DNA of 64,000 bases. Origin: an uncultured delta proteobacterium. GTDB lineage: Bacteria > Myxococcota_A > Polyangia > Polyangiales > Polyangiaceae. The stretch's first letter is position 1, and every line of letters starts with the position of its first letter. Location of the stretch: contig CAVQUB010000003.1 in assembly GCA_963716725.1 (NCBI GenBank), forward strand, positions 64,001 through 128,000, in the 5' to 3' direction. Under the pieces are notes generated by a model. The model saw only the letters and a program-made list of their open reading frames with translations. It was not told the origin of the DNA and searched no databases. Both the position numbers and the translations under genes were made by a program. Below are positions 25,098 through 34,702 of this stretch, piece after piece.

Positions 25098-26288
25098 ATG
25101 TTGTCCTTCGACGAGGCACGCGAGCGCATCTTGCGCGAGGTTCGGCCCCGAGGCAGCGAGCGCGTCCCGCTCGGCGAGGCCTTGGGTCGGGTTCTGGCCG
25201 AGACGCTCACCGCCGCTGCCCCGATGCCCGCCTTCGATTACAGCGCCATGGACGGCTACGCCGTGGACTCGGGCTCATTCACCGGCGGAGGACCCTGGAG
25301 CTTGCCGGTCATCGGCGAGAGTCGAACCGGGGCGAACCCGCCGAGCCTGGTGCGCGGGAGCGCGTGCCGGATCTTCACCGGCGCGCAGCTGCCCCCGGGC
25401 GCGGACGCGGTCGTCATGCAAGAAGAGGTGGAGCGGGAGGGCGACGGCGCAACCTTCGCCGCGCGTCCGCCGACTTTTGCCCACGTGCGGAGGCAGGGCG
25501 AAGATCTCGCGGTCGGCGCCGTGGGGCTCGAGCGGGGCACCCGGCTCGGCCCGGCGCAAATTGGCCTCGCCGCCGCGCTGGATCGCGGGGACCTCGCCGT
25601 GTTCGAGCGGCCGCGGATCTCGATCTTGTGCACGGGAGACGAGCTGCGCGCTCCGGGATCACCCCCGCGACCGGGCAGCATTCCGGAGTCCAACGGCCAC
25701 AGCGTCGCCGCCATGGTGCGCGCGCTCGGTGGCGCACCGACCCTGTTGCCCTACGTTCCCGACAATCGCGACGCGACCCTCGAGGCGGTGCGGAGCGCTC
25801 TGACCGACGTGGAGCTCCTGCTCACCATTGGCGGGGTCAGCGTGGGCGATCACGATCTGGTGCGCCCCGCGCTCGAGGCCGCCGGCGCCGCACTCGACTT
25901 TTGGAAGGTGAAGATCCGACCCGGCAAGCCTCTGGTCTACGGCACCCACGGATCGACGCGCATCCTCGGCCTGCCGGGCAACCCGGTCTCGGCCCAGGTC
26001 ACCTTCGCGCTCTTCGGCGCGCCGCTGGTGCGCAAGCTCGCGGGCGATCGCCGACCGCTGCCGAGCGCGCGACGCGCAACGCTGACCCACGCCGTCCGCC
26101 AGAAGCCCGGGCGCACCGCCTTCTTGCGCGCGACGCTGGACTTCGACCGCGTCACTCCCGTCGGCAACCAGGCCTCCGGTGCCTCGACCAGCATGGCCTG
26201 GGCCGATTGCCTGATGATCGTGCCCGCCGATTCCGAGGGGCTCGCAGCAGGCGAAGACGTGACCGTGATCCCGCTCGCGGAGATCTGA
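25098..26288 (+). CDS. moeA: Molybdopterin molybdotransferase
   Basis: SAMDGYA, RIFTGA..P.GADAVVMQE, TGDEL, GGVSVGD, PGKP, GLPGNPVS. Confidence 0.95.
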   Translation: MLSFDEARERILREVRPRGSERVPLGEALGRVLAETLTAAAPMPAFDYSAMDGYAVDSGSFTGGGPWSLPVIGESRTGANPPSLVRGSACRIFTGAQLPPGADAVVMQEEVEREGDGATFAARPPTFAHVRRQGEDLAVGAVGLERGTRLGPAQIGLAAALDRGDLAVFERPRISILCTGDELRAPGSPPRPGSIPESNGHSVAAMVRALGGAPTLLPYVPDNRDATLEAVRSALTDVELLLTIGGVSVGDHDLVRPALEAAGAALDFWKVKIRPGKPLVYGTHGSTRILGLPGNPVSAQVTFALFGAPLVRKLAGDRRPLPSARRATLTHAVRQKPGRTAFLRATLDFDRVTPVGNQASGASTSMAWADCLMIVPADSEGLAAGEDVTVIPLAEI

Positions 26289-26857
26289 TGGCCCCGCCGC
26301 TGGTCGGGATCTTCGTCGGCGGAAAGGGGCGGCGCATGGGCGGCGTCGCCAAGGGACTCCTGACCGCGCCCGGCGGAGGCGAGACGCTGGTCGCCCGCCT
26401 CGCGCGCATCGTCCGCGATGCGTACGACGAAGTAGATCTGCTGCTGGTGGGGACCGCCGACGCCTACGCGAGCCACGGGCTGCCGAGCCTCGCCGACGAT
26501 CCGCCCGGGGTTGGGCCCATCGGCGGGCTCACGGCGTTGCTGAACGAAGGCAAGCGGCGTGGCGCGCCCTTCGTGCTGACCCTCGCCTGCGATCTGCCCT
26601 ACGTGAACGCTGCGCTCTTGAGGCGCCTACGCGACTTCTCACCAGCCGCAGCGGCGGTGGCCGCGCGCCAGGGAACGCACTGGCAACCCTTGTGCGCGCG
26701 CTTTGATCCGGTAGCGGCGCAACCGATCGCGCACGCTCTGATCCGCGGAGGCGCGCGCTCGCTGCAAGCGGTGCTCGATGCGCTCTCAGCCACGGAGCTG
26801 CCCCTCGACTCCGATCACGATCTCAGAGACTGGGACGAGCCCGGCGACGTGGAGTGA
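26288..26857 (+). CDS. mobA: Molybdenum cofactor guanylyltransferase
   Basis: GGKGRRMGG..K, GPIGGL, LACDLP, QPLCA; start overlaps the moeA stop. Confidence 0.85.
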   Translation: MAPPLVGIFVGGKGRRMGGVAKGLLTAPGGGETLVARLARIVRDAYDEVDLLLVGTADAYASHGLPSLADDPPGVGPIGGLTALLNEGKRRGAPFVLTLACDLPYVNAALLRRLRDFSPAAAAVAARQGTHWQPLCARFDPVAAQPIAHALIRGGARSLQAVLDALSATELPLDSDHDLRDWDEPGDVE

Positions 26858-26975
26858 GCTCAGCGGCGCCGACGGGCACAGGCGGGAATTGCGCCGCTGT
26901 TCACGAAGCGCTCCCAGCGCACGCTCGGCGCCATGGCCCCTTCACCTGCGCCGCGCAAAGGCTATCGCGTTGCGC

Positions 26976-27149
26976 GTGCCGCAGGTCTGGCTCGTCGACC
27001 CGCTGGAGCACCTGCTCGAGGTGCTCCGGCTCGAAGGGGATCGCTACTCGATTCTGTCCGTGCACCAGCACGCCGAATCGGTGCGGGCCGAGCCCTTCGA
27101 CGCCATTGCGCTCGATCTGTCGCTGCTGTGGGCGGACGTGAAGCTCTGA
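26976..27149 (+). pseudogene. Uma2 (DUF820) endonuclease C-terminal remnant
   Basis: VPQVWLVDP..LEVLRL..VRAEPFDAIALDLSLLW; N-terminal two-thirds absent. Confidence 0.75.
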
Positions 27150-27199
27150 CGGTCGGGCAGGCCGCTTCCATGCTCCGAAGGCTGCTGCTGGCGTGTGGA

Positions 27200-28564
27200 T
27201 CACCGCTTGGTCGCGCGACGTGCTGCCACGAACGCCAGCGCGAGCAGCGACGCCACACCAAAGTCGCGTGATTGCCCGCCGGGCGTGCGGCAACTGCAAT
27301 CGCCGGCGTCGTCCTTGAGCAGGTGGGTCTTCTGACCCCCGCCACCGTTGCCACTGGTGCCGGCGTCGCTGCCGCTGGCGCCTCCCGCACCCGCGCTGCC
27401 CGCGGCGCCTGCGCTGCCCGCGCTGCCGTCTCCTGCGCAGTCCACCACGTCGAAGGTCAGGCTCATCTCGGGCCCAAACCAGGCCTTGAGCTCGTCGACC
27501 AACTGCCAACGAGACTCGTAGACGCCAGGCGTGGTCGGGGCCGTGCCCGCGATGCCCGGCGTCTTGCTGAACAGGGTGCGACGACACTTGGGTTGGTCGT
27601 TGCAGTCGCCGCCCGGTGGGCTCGCGCTCGCGGAGTGCACCTCGGTGTTGGCGTTGGCATTCAAGCTGACGCGGCTGGTGCCGGTGAAGGGATCGAGGCC
27701 GTCGCCCGGGACGCCGAGGCGCACGGCCTGTCCGTCGCCGCCGCCGCTCGAGTCCGTCCACGCCACGCTGCCGGTGTTCTCGAGCTCGAACCAGAAATGC
27801 AGCTTGTCACCGGCACACACGCGGTAGTCGGCGGCGCCCGCGGGATCGACCTCGGCGTCGCTGCCCTTGGCGATCAACTTGGCGCCGAGCTTCGCCACCA
27901 CGGGTCCGACCAGCTCTTGGTATGCCGCGACCAGCGAGGTGTAGGGCGGAACGAAGATCTTGCCGAGACCCGAGACGTTCTGCTCGAGATCGAAGTGCAG
28001 GTGCACGGTGGTCGGGGTGCCGCCGAACTCGTTGGACACCTTGCCCAGGAGCTGGCCCCGCTTGACGGTCGCTCCGGTCGAGACCGCGACGCTGCCCATG
28101 TGCAGATAGCGGTAGACGGTGCCGTCGTTGCCCGTGAGGTAGACCGAGTAGGTGCCGATGCTGCTGATCTTGCCGTCGGTGGTGGCCGAGGTGCTGTGCA
28201 CGTTCTTGGTGCACGACGCGGCGCGAATGTCTTGCCCTTGGTGGCCCTTGCCTGCGGGGCAGAGCGGCATGGTCCAGCTCCGCGTCTCGCAGTAGTTGTC
28301 CCACCAGGGGTAGCTGAAGTTCTCGACGTCGCACTGACCCCCGCCGGGCCCGCTGTTGCCACCGTGTCCCCAGACCTGGGAGTTGGCGTAGGCCGGCGCC
28401 TTCTCGATGGGAAAGCGCATGCCCGGAGCGTAGATCTTGCTGTCGACGCGGCCGGTGCCGGAGCCCGAGACCAAGGTGCCAGCGGGCTTGTACGAGAAAT
28501 CCGCCGCCGCTGCGGAGCTCGCGAGCAGCAGCGTCGCGACGAAGGCGGTCGCGCGGAGCGTCAC
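27200..28564 (-). CDS. M23 peptidase with a MYXO-CTERM sorting tail
   Basis: HQGQDI, YRYLHM, HLHF; Ig-like region; Gly/Ser linker; CSCRTPG-hydrophobic-RR. Confidence 0.85.
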   Translation of the reverse strand: MTLRATAFVATLLLASSAAAADFSYKPAGTLVSGSGTGRVDSKIYAPGMRFPIEKAPAYANSQVWGHGGNSGPGGGQCDVENFSYPWWDNYCETRSWTMPLCPAGKGHQGQDIRAASCTKNVHSTSATTDGKISSIGTYSVYLTGNDGTVYRYLHMGSVAVSTGATVKRGQLLGKVSNEFGGTPTTVHLHFDLEQNVSGLGKIFVPPYTSLVAAYQELVGPVVAKLGAKLIAKGSDAEVDPAGAADYRVCAGDKLHFWFELENTGSVAWTDSSGGGDGQAVRLGVPGDGLDPFTGTSRVSLNANANTEVHSASASPPGGDCNDQPKCRRTLFSKTPGIAGTAPTTPGVYESRWQLVDELKAWFGPEMSLTFDVVDCAGDGSAGSAGAAGSAGAGGASGSDAGTSGNGGGGQKTHLLKDDAGDCSCRTPGGQSRDFGVASLLALAFVAARRATKR

Positions 28565-29130
28565 GGCCGCGCTCCCCGTCCGCCGACGTGAGCAAGAGAC
28601 TCGACCGCGTCGACCAGGAACTTGTCGTCGGCGCAGCGACCGTCCCCGGCCGTCGCGCATTCGACGTGGAGTGAATACGCGACGCCCCCCTCGCTCCACG
28701 AGGCCTGCCAGATGTTCGATTCGGCGGTGACAAAACCCTTCGCTCCCCGGAGCACGCGATCGCCGTCGACCGGCGCGATGTCGCCGTACTTGTAGGCGAG
28801 CTTCGAGGCGTGCAGCGCGAACGTCACGCCGTCAGCGGTCGCGGACACCGCCGCCCACACCGGACCGGTGGTGACGATCGCGTTGTTCGCCAGCGCGATG
28901 TTGGACGGCGCGAGGACCGGAACCGGGGACTTCGCCGCTTCAGCGCGAGCTGCAGCCGAGAGGCGGCTCTCGACCTCGCGATCGATCGGGGCCGTCCACG
29001 CGGGCTCGGTGACCTCCGCCGTGCGCGCCGGCGTCAGCGGCTGGGTGCTGCTCGCGACGACGGCCGGCGGCTCGGCCTCGCAGCCCAGAATCAAGAGTGA
29101 GACGATCAGGGGCGCGGCGCGCTTGGGCAT
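28561..29130 (-). CDS. Lipoprotein coupled to the M23 peptidase gene
   Basis: Lipobox ILGC; SPVPVLAP; GTGA overlap. Confidence 0.75.
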   Translation of the reverse strand: MPKRAAPLIVSLLILGCEAEPPAVVASSTQPLTPARTAEVTEPAWTAPIDREVESRLSAAARAEAAKSPVPVLAPSNIALANNAIVTTGPVWAAVSATADGVTFALHASKLAYKYGDIAPVDGDRVLRGAKGFVTAESNIWQASWSEGGVAYSLHVECATAGDGRCADDKFLVDAVESLAHVGGRGARP

Positions 29131-29139
29131 GAGCAGCCC

Positions 29140-29589
29140 TCAGTCTACGTGATCGTGGCGCCCGGTGCAGCGGGCATCTTTGAAGCCGACCCAGTAGGGG
29201 CCCTCGGGACCGTGCTCGCGTTTCCAGATCGGCACGCGCTCTTTGATCCGATCGATGAGCAGGCGGCAGGCTCGAAACGCCTCGTCGCGGTGGGGCGCGC
29301 TGGCCGCGCAAACGATGGCGAGGTCGCCGACCTCGAGCCGACCGACGCGGTGCAAGACCGCCACCCGCGTCCCGGGGATCTCGGCGGCGATCTCGTCGCC
29401 AATCTCGCGCATCTGCTTGACGGCCATGCTGGCGTAGGCCTCGTACTCGAGCAGCGTGATCGGCAGGTGGTCGTTCTCGTCGCGCACGGTGCCGATGAAG
29501 AGGCTCGTGCCGCCGGCGCTCGGGTGCGCCACGGCAGCCGTCACCTCGTCGACGGACAGGGCTTCATCACGGATTTCGAACAGGGTCAT
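29140..29589 (-). CDS. moaE: Molybdopterin synthase catalytic subunit
   Basis: F.GTVRD, LEYEAY, HRVGRL, SAPHR, IK..VPIWKRE. Confidence 0.95.
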   Translation of the reverse strand: MTLFEIRDEALSVDEVTAAVAHPSAGGTSLFIGTVRDENDHLPITLLEYEAYASMAVKQMREIGDEIAAEIPGTRVAVLHRVGRLEVGDLAIVCAASAPHRDEAFRACRLLIDRIKERVPIWKREHGPEGPYWVGFKDARCTGRHDHVD

Positions 29590-30473
29590 CGCGAATAATC
29601 TCCGGAACGCCCTCCGGATTTGGAGAGCAGGCGGGTCGGACCGAGCTCCATCGAGCGGTCGTAGGCTTTCAGCATGTCGTAAACCGTCAGCGCCGCCACC
29701 GAGGCCGCGCACAAAGCCTCCATCTCGACGCCGGTGCGATCGAAGGTCTCGACGGTGCACAGAACGTGAGCTCGACGCGCGCTGGGCTCGAGCTCGATCT
29801 CGACGCTCACATGGGTGATGGCGATGGCGTGACAGAGCGGGATCAGATCGCTGGTGCGCTTGGCGGCCTGGATGCCAGCGATGCGCGCGGTCGCAAGCAC
29901 GTCGCCCTTGCCGGCGCTGGCGCCGTCGAGCCGCGCAAAGGCCTCCGGCCCCATGCTCACGAAGCTCTCGGCGACAGCGCGCCGCAACGTCGAGTTCTTG
30001 GCTCCCACGTCCACCATGCGCACCGCGCCGCTCGGCGAGAGGTGCGTCGAGAGCACGCTGGCCCCGACGATCTCGGCGTAGGCCGCGGCGATGCGCTCGG
30101 CGCGCCCCTTCGACGCGACCTTGCCGAGCGCGTAGCGATCGAGGGCGCTGAGGCCAGACCAGAGCGCGATCGGCAGCGGGCGACTCTCGCCAAACGCGTC
30201 GGTGATGAACTTCGGCGCGGCGTCAGCCGGGGGATCGGCGACCGCGAGGGTCGACTCCGGCGCGGGATCCGCGGGCCCGAGCAGCGCGCGGGCCGCATCG
30301 AGGTCGACGGCTTCGGTCTCGCCGGCCTCGACCATGGACCGGCGAGCATCCAGCCCGAGGCTCAGCCAGCCTGCCCTCGACAAACGTTGACCGAGCCGAT
30401 CGAGGACGCGGCGCGCCGCCAGCGGCAACAGCAGCAGGCGGTCGTCCACTTCGTCGAAGACGTAGAGCTTCAC
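29586..30473 (-). CDS. moaC: Cyclic pyranopterin monophosphate synthase with an N-terminal nitrate-reductase-associated (NarM-like) domain
   Basis: THL...MVDV..K, KGDVL..ARIAGI.AAKRTSDLIPLCH, TGVEMEAL, YDMLKA, KSGG; N-terminal PLAARRVLD..G..LS..W and W..L..LDRYAL.K. Confidence 0.9.
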   Translation of the reverse strand: MKLYVFDEVDDRLLLLPLAARRVLDRLGQRLSRAGWLSLGLDARRSMVEAGETEAVDLDAARALLGPADPAPESTLAVADPPADAAPKFITDAFGESRPLPIALWSGLSALDRYALGKVASKGRAERIAAAYAEIVGASVLSTHLSPSGAVRMVDVGAKNSTLRRAVAESFVSMGPEAFARLDGASAGKGDVLATARIAGIQAAKRTSDLIPLCHAIAITHVSVEIELEPSARRAHVLCTVETFDRTGVEMEALCAASVAALTVYDMLKAYDRSMELGPTRLLSKSGGRSGDYSR

Positions 30474-30519
30474 GGCGGCGAAGGTATCACACGGCGCCCC
30501 GTGCAATACTCCGTGCACC

Positions 30520-31905
30520 GTGCGCGCTCCCGTCGTCGCCCTCGCCCTGACGGCCGCCCTCCTCCCGGGTTGTCCGCGCGCGCCGGGCGACGTCGCGGCC
30601 GGTGCCGTCACGACCGCCGGCGCCTGTCGCGTACGCGTCGAGGACACAGCGTTCACTGTCGTCCCGCCCGAGCCCATGCCTGCGCCGCGGTCCCGGGTCG
30701 GCGTCGAGGTGAACGCCAGCCTCGCTGCCCTGGAGCGGGAGCTCGCCAAGCAGGTGCCGGTGACGCTGGCCGCCGAGCGTCGCCGATCGGTCGGCACGGC
30801 GGGCGAGGTCAGCTACGTGGTTCGACGCGGCCGCTTCGGCATCGCGCTCGACACCTCTCGCCTCGCGGTCAAGGTGCCGGTCGAGGTCGAGGCCGAGGTC
30901 TGCAAGCCCCTCGGTCCGTTCTGCCCGACCTATGGGCGCTGCAGCCCGCGCCTGATGGCGCTGGCCAGCGTGCCTCTGCTGCTCAGTGACAGCTACGAGA
31001 TCGGCAAGAGCCGCGTCTCGATCTCGGTGCACCGCCCGTGCATCATCGGCGGCTACGACGCCACCCCGCAGATCAAGTCACAGGCTGCGAACCAGGTCGG
31101 ACAGGTGCAGGCCCGGATCGACGCGGCGATGCCCAATCTGCGCCCAAGCGTCAACAGCGTGTGGGAGCTCTTGCATCACCCCATCGCGCTCGGAAGCTCG
31201 ACTTGCCTGCGCATCGAGCCCGATCGAGTCACGCAGAATCGCCCGGTGCTCAAAGACGGAGCGTTGATCACCGAGCTCGGCGCCGAAGGCACGCTGCGCA
31301 TCGAAGATCCCTGCGAGCCAAACGTCGCTGTCAAGCCCGGGCCACTGCCGCGCCTGGTCACCTCCGAGGCCTCCGCCACCGGAGTCGAGCTCCGAGTGGC
31401 GGTGCGCACGAGCTGGCTCGATGTGTCGGCGGAGCTGACGCGGTCGCTCACGAAGAAGGGCGCGTCGGAGGCCGAGACGCGGGTGGTGAAGGTCGAGGCC
31501 GAAGGCACACAACTGGGGACTCGCGCGCTGGTGGTGATGCGAGCGACTCTCGCCGGCGCGACCTGCGGCAACCTGCGGCTGCTGGCAGAGCCTTGGTTCG
31601 ACGGCGAGGCCGGTCGGCTCCGCTTGCGACGGATCGTGCTGGCGCCAGGCGCGCCGGAGGTGCCCGGCTTCGCCGCGCTCGCAGCGAGCATCGAGCAACA
31701 CGCTTCGGCCGCGCTGCCGGTGGACCTCAGCGCCGGTCCCGCCGCGTTGACCGCCCTTGTCCAGGGCTTTGGCCGGGATTTGCCGGACGGCGCCGAGATC
31801 GACGCCAAAATCGCCAAGTCCGCCGTCGAGCGGGTCCACCCCGAACGCGAAGGGCTGGTGGCACTTGCGGTTTTCTCTGGCCACACGACGTTTCGGCTGA
31901 GGTAG
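30520..31905 (+). CDS. DUF4403-like lipoprotein
   Basis: Lipobox LPGC; S.V.V.V..SL..LE..L, WELLHHPI.LG..CL.I.P. Confidence 0.6.
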   Translation: MRAPVVALALTAALLPGCPRAPGDVAAGAVTTAGACRVRVEDTAFTVVPPEPMPAPRSRVGVEVNASLAALERELAKQVPVTLAAERRRSVGTAGEVSYVVRRGRFGIALDTSRLAVKVPVEVEAEVCKPLGPFCPTYGRCSPRLMALASVPLLLSDSYEIGKSRVSISVHRPCIIGGYDATPQIKSQAANQVGQVQARIDAAMPNLRPSVNSVWELLHHPIALGSSTCLRIEPDRVTQNRPVLKDGALITELGAEGTLRIEDPCEPNVAVKPGPLPRLVTSEASATGVELRVAVRTSWLDVSAELTRSLTKKGASEAETRVVKVEAEGTQLGTRALVVMRATLAGATCGNLRLLAEPWFDGEAGRLRLRRIVLAPGAPEVPGFAALAASIEQHASAALPVDLSAGPAALTALVQGFGRDLPDGAEIDAKIAKSAVERVHPEREGLVALAVFSGHTTFRLR

Positions 31906-31915
31906 ACGAGCGTCG

Positions 31916-32938
31916 ATGCGTGCGAACGAACTCCCCCCGCTGACGGATCCTCGAGGGCGACCCCTCAGGGATCTGCGCCTCAGCGTGACCGATCGCTGCA
32001 ACTTTCGCTGCCGCTACTGCATGCCGAAGGAACACTTCGGCCCCGGATTTCGCTTCTTGCCGCGCGCCGATCTCTTGCGCTTCGAGGAGATGACCCGCGT
32101 GGCTCGGGTGTTCGCCTCGCTGGGCGTGAAGAAGCTGCGCCTGACCGGCGGCGAGCCGCTCCTGCGATCCGATCTTCCCGATCTCGTCGCTCAGCTCGCG
32201 GCCATCGACGGCGCCGAGCTCGCGCTCACCACCAACGGTTCACTGCTCGAAGCGCGCGCCGATGAGCTGGTGCGCGCCGGCCTCAGCCGCGTCACCGTCA
32301 GCCTCGACTCGCTCGACGAAGCAATATTCCGCGAGATGACCGACGCGGCTCTTCCGCCAAGCAAGGTGATCGCCGGCATCGAAGCCGCTGCGCGTGCCGG
32401 CCTGCGCCCGGTCAAGATCAACTGCGTGGTGCGCCGCGGCGTGAACGACGCTGGCATCGTCGATCTCGCGCGTCGCTTCAAGGGCACGGGCCACATCGTG
32501 CGATTCATCGAGCTGATGGACGTCGGCGCCACCAACGGTTGGCGCATGGATCAGGTGATGAGCGGCGCCGAGATCGTCGACACCATCTCGCGGGCGCTGC
32601 CCCTGGAGCCGGCGTCACCGACCTACCGCGGTGAGGTCGCCAAGCGCTGGCGCTACACCGATGGCAGCGGAGAGATCGGCGTCATCACCAGCGTCACGAA
32701 CCCCTTCTGCGGCGACTGCTCCCGGGCGCGCCTGAGCGCCGAGGGCAGCGTCTATACCTGCCTGTTCGCGACCTCGGGCACGGATCTCCGGGGGCCGGTC
32801 CGCGCGGGCGCGACGGACGAGGAGCTCGCCGAGATCATCCGCGGGATCTGGTCTCGGCGCGACGATCGCTACTCCGAGCTGCGCTCCGACAATACGCGCA
32901 GCCTGCGTCGCATCGAGATGAGCTACATCGGCGGGTGA
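31916..32938 (+). CDS. moaA: GTP 3',8-cyclase
   Basis: LRLSVTDRCNFRCRYCM, LTGGEP, TTNG, SLDSL, RFIE.M, FCGDCSRARL, MSYIGG. Confidence 0.97.
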   Translation: MRANELPPLTDPRGRPLRDLRLSVTDRCNFRCRYCMPKEHFGPGFRFLPRADLLRFEEMTRVARVFASLGVKKLRLTGGEPLLRSDLPDLVAQLAAIDGAELALTTNGSLLEARADELVRAGLSRVTVSLDSLDEAIFREMTDAALPPSKVIAGIEAAARAGLRPVKINCVVRRGVNDAGIVDLARRFKGTGHIVRFIELMDVGATNGWRMDQVMSGAEIVDTISRALPLEPASPTYRGEVAKRWRYTDGSGEIGVITSVTNPFCGDCSRARLSAEGSVYTCLFATSGTDLRGPVRAGATDEELAEIIRGIWSRRDDRYSELRSDNTRSLRRIEMSYIGG

Positions 32939-32943
32939 GCGCG
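32861..32943 (+). repeat. 83-bp direct repeat (moaA 3' end), copy 1
   Basis: Matches 38410-38492 with 2 mismatches. Confidence 0.95.
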
Positions 32944-33080
32944 GCGGTTGGGTCGTGCGCCGCCACCTCCGCGACGGGTCCCAGGGCGTCGAGCTCGCAG
33001 TCAAAGAGGTTGGACATGGGCGGGTCAGACGGGCTCGAGGCGGTTCACTTTCCCACCCTTCGTGCGATATGGTGCGCGCC

Positions 33081-33716
33081 ATGGGCAGTCGCAGTTCGGC
33101 TCTTGTTTCTGCTTTCGTTCTGTCGGCGTGTGGTGGCGCTCCTGCGGTGTCGGCGTCACCCAGCGCACCGCGACCTGTCGCACCAAACCAACAACCTGCG
33201 GCTGCGGCTGCTGTAGAGGCTTCCGCAGCACCGGTGGCGCAGGCGCCGCCGGAAAAGACAGTCTCCGAAGAGAGCGTCGCGCAGGCTCGCAAGCAAGCAC
33301 AGATGTATCTCACGGCGATCGCCCGGAGCGTGGTGATGTCATTCGAGCGGGAGCCAATGCCGGGCAAGCCGCCGCACATGTGCAAGAGTGCGGCGTCGTC
33401 CGTACCAGCGTCGAAGGACAGCATTGCAGGCAAGCTGTACGAGCCCGGGCAAGACGACTTCATGGCGGGCGACGAAGACACCGGTTTTCGTTGTTTGAGA
33501 TTCTCGGTGGTGGAGAGCACGCCACTGATGTTCGACTACAAGGCAGCGGGAGATGGTGCGTCTGAGGGCAGCAGCTTCCGCGCGATCGCCCACGCGGATC
33601 TGGACGGGGACGGGAAGCTGAGCACGTTCTCCATCGAGGGCAGCATCGTGAAGGAGGGCGCAGGACTGACCGTGAAGTTCGACCCGCAAGTGAAGGAAGA
33701 AGACCCGCGCGAGTGA
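33081..33716 (+). CDS. Lipoprotein with a myxobacterial pilin-like globular domain
   Basis: Lipobox LSAC; A...L.AIAR, GF.CL.F, SFRAIAHADLDGDGKLSTF. Confidence 0.6.
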   Translation: MGSRSSALVSAFVLSACGGAPAVSASPSAPRPVAPNQQPAAAAAVEASAAPVAQAPPEKTVSEESVAQARKQAQMYLTAIARSVVMSFEREPMPGKPPHMCKSAASSVPASKDSIAGKLYEPGQDDFMAGDEDTGFRCLRFSVVESTPLMFDYKAAGDGASEGSSFRAIAHADLDGDGKLSTFSIEGSIVKEGAGLTVKFDPQVKEEDPRE

Positions 33717-33742
33717 AAGCGCTGCGGCGCGCGCCTGTGGCG

Positions 33743-33900
33743 GAAAGCGGTCGTCGCCCATCGCGTACAACTGTCCCGTCCGCAGCAAGACTCGGTCGCC
33801 GAAGGTGGTGTCGCCAAGCTTGCTCGCCGCGAGGATCTTGACCGCGGGTGGAGCGCTGGGAAAGGTCTGCTCGACGGGACCGAGGACCGCGAAGATGCGT
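33743..33900 (-). pseudogene. FG-GAP lipoprotein remnant with a ~1.1-kb internal deletion
   Basis: Homologous to ~9385-9531 joined directly to ~10645-10656. Confidence 0.8.
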
Positions 33901-33915
33901 ATGCTCAGCCTGCCA

Positions 33916-34272
33916 TCAGGGGTGCGTACAGGTCTTGCTGGAACCTATGACGTCGCAGATGAACCCCGGCCTGCAGTCCTTGTACTCCTTGCAGCCGAGC
34001 TTACAGCCCAGACCGAGGATGCAGTAATGGCCGCCGCAGCTGAAGGTCGCGCCAACTTCCTCCTCGGTGTTGTCGTTGGGGCAGCGCTTGCCGCAACCAT
34101 GGCCGGGGACGCAAAAGAGACCGCCGCAGTTGGTCCCGTCCGAGAGCGTCCAGTCGTCGCGAAGCCACGCGGCGTCCGCCGGCATCGCACGAAAGCGCCG
34201 TTCCATGGCCGCCGCATCTGCCCGCCGCAGACGCGGCGCTTTCGGCGCTGCGCGGCGCTTGGCTTCGGGCAC
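33916..34272 (-). pseudogene. Chimeric, signal-less Cys-rich lipoprotein fragment
   Basis: 34159-34272 equals 34967-35080; 34034-34159 equals 34435-34560 with 1 mismatch; tail resembles the copy 1 lipoprotein. Confidence 0.8.
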
Positions 34273-34322
34273 GGGCAGGGGCACAGGAGCACGGTCGCGG
34301 TGGAGAGCGACCTCGGACACGG

Positions 34323-34691
34323 TCACCCGCACTTCTTGGTGGAAACAACCAGTTCACATACAAATCCCGGGCGGCAGTCCTTGTCGGACTCGCAGGTCAG
34401 GCGACAGCCTGTCCCGAGAATGCAGTAATTGGGACCGCAGCTGAAGGTCGCGCCAACTTCCTCCTCGGTGTTGTCGTTGGGGCAGCGCTTGCCGCAACCA
34501 TAGCCGGGGACGCAAAAGAGACCGCCGCAGTTGGTCCCGTCCGAGAGCGTCCAGTCGTCGAGGCAGCTCGGTCCCGCGTCACCCGCGCCGCCCGTTCCGC
34601 CGCCCCCGCTTGCGGGGCCAGGGTTGTCGTCGTCGCCGCAGGCCTGCAGCAGGGAAGCCCCAATCGCGATCAGAAGAAGGTAGCGCTTCAT
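34323..34691 (-). CDS. Small Cys-rich lipoprotein (cassette copy 2)
   Basis: Lipobox LQAC; paralog of 10672-11076 with a different C-terminal third. Confidence 0.8.
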   Translation of the reverse strand: MKRYLLLIAIGASLLQACGDDDNPGPASGGGGTGGAGDAGPSCLDDWTLSDGTNCGGLFCVPGYGCGKRCPNDNTEEEVGATFSCGPNYCILGTGCRLTCESDKDCRPGFVCELVVSTKKCG

Positions 34692-34702
34692 TTCGTCCTC
34701 TC

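Noticed and set aside
34034..34560. Diversity-generating retroelement TR/VR pair
   Set aside because: There is only one mismatch in 126 bp and no reverse transcriptase in the window.
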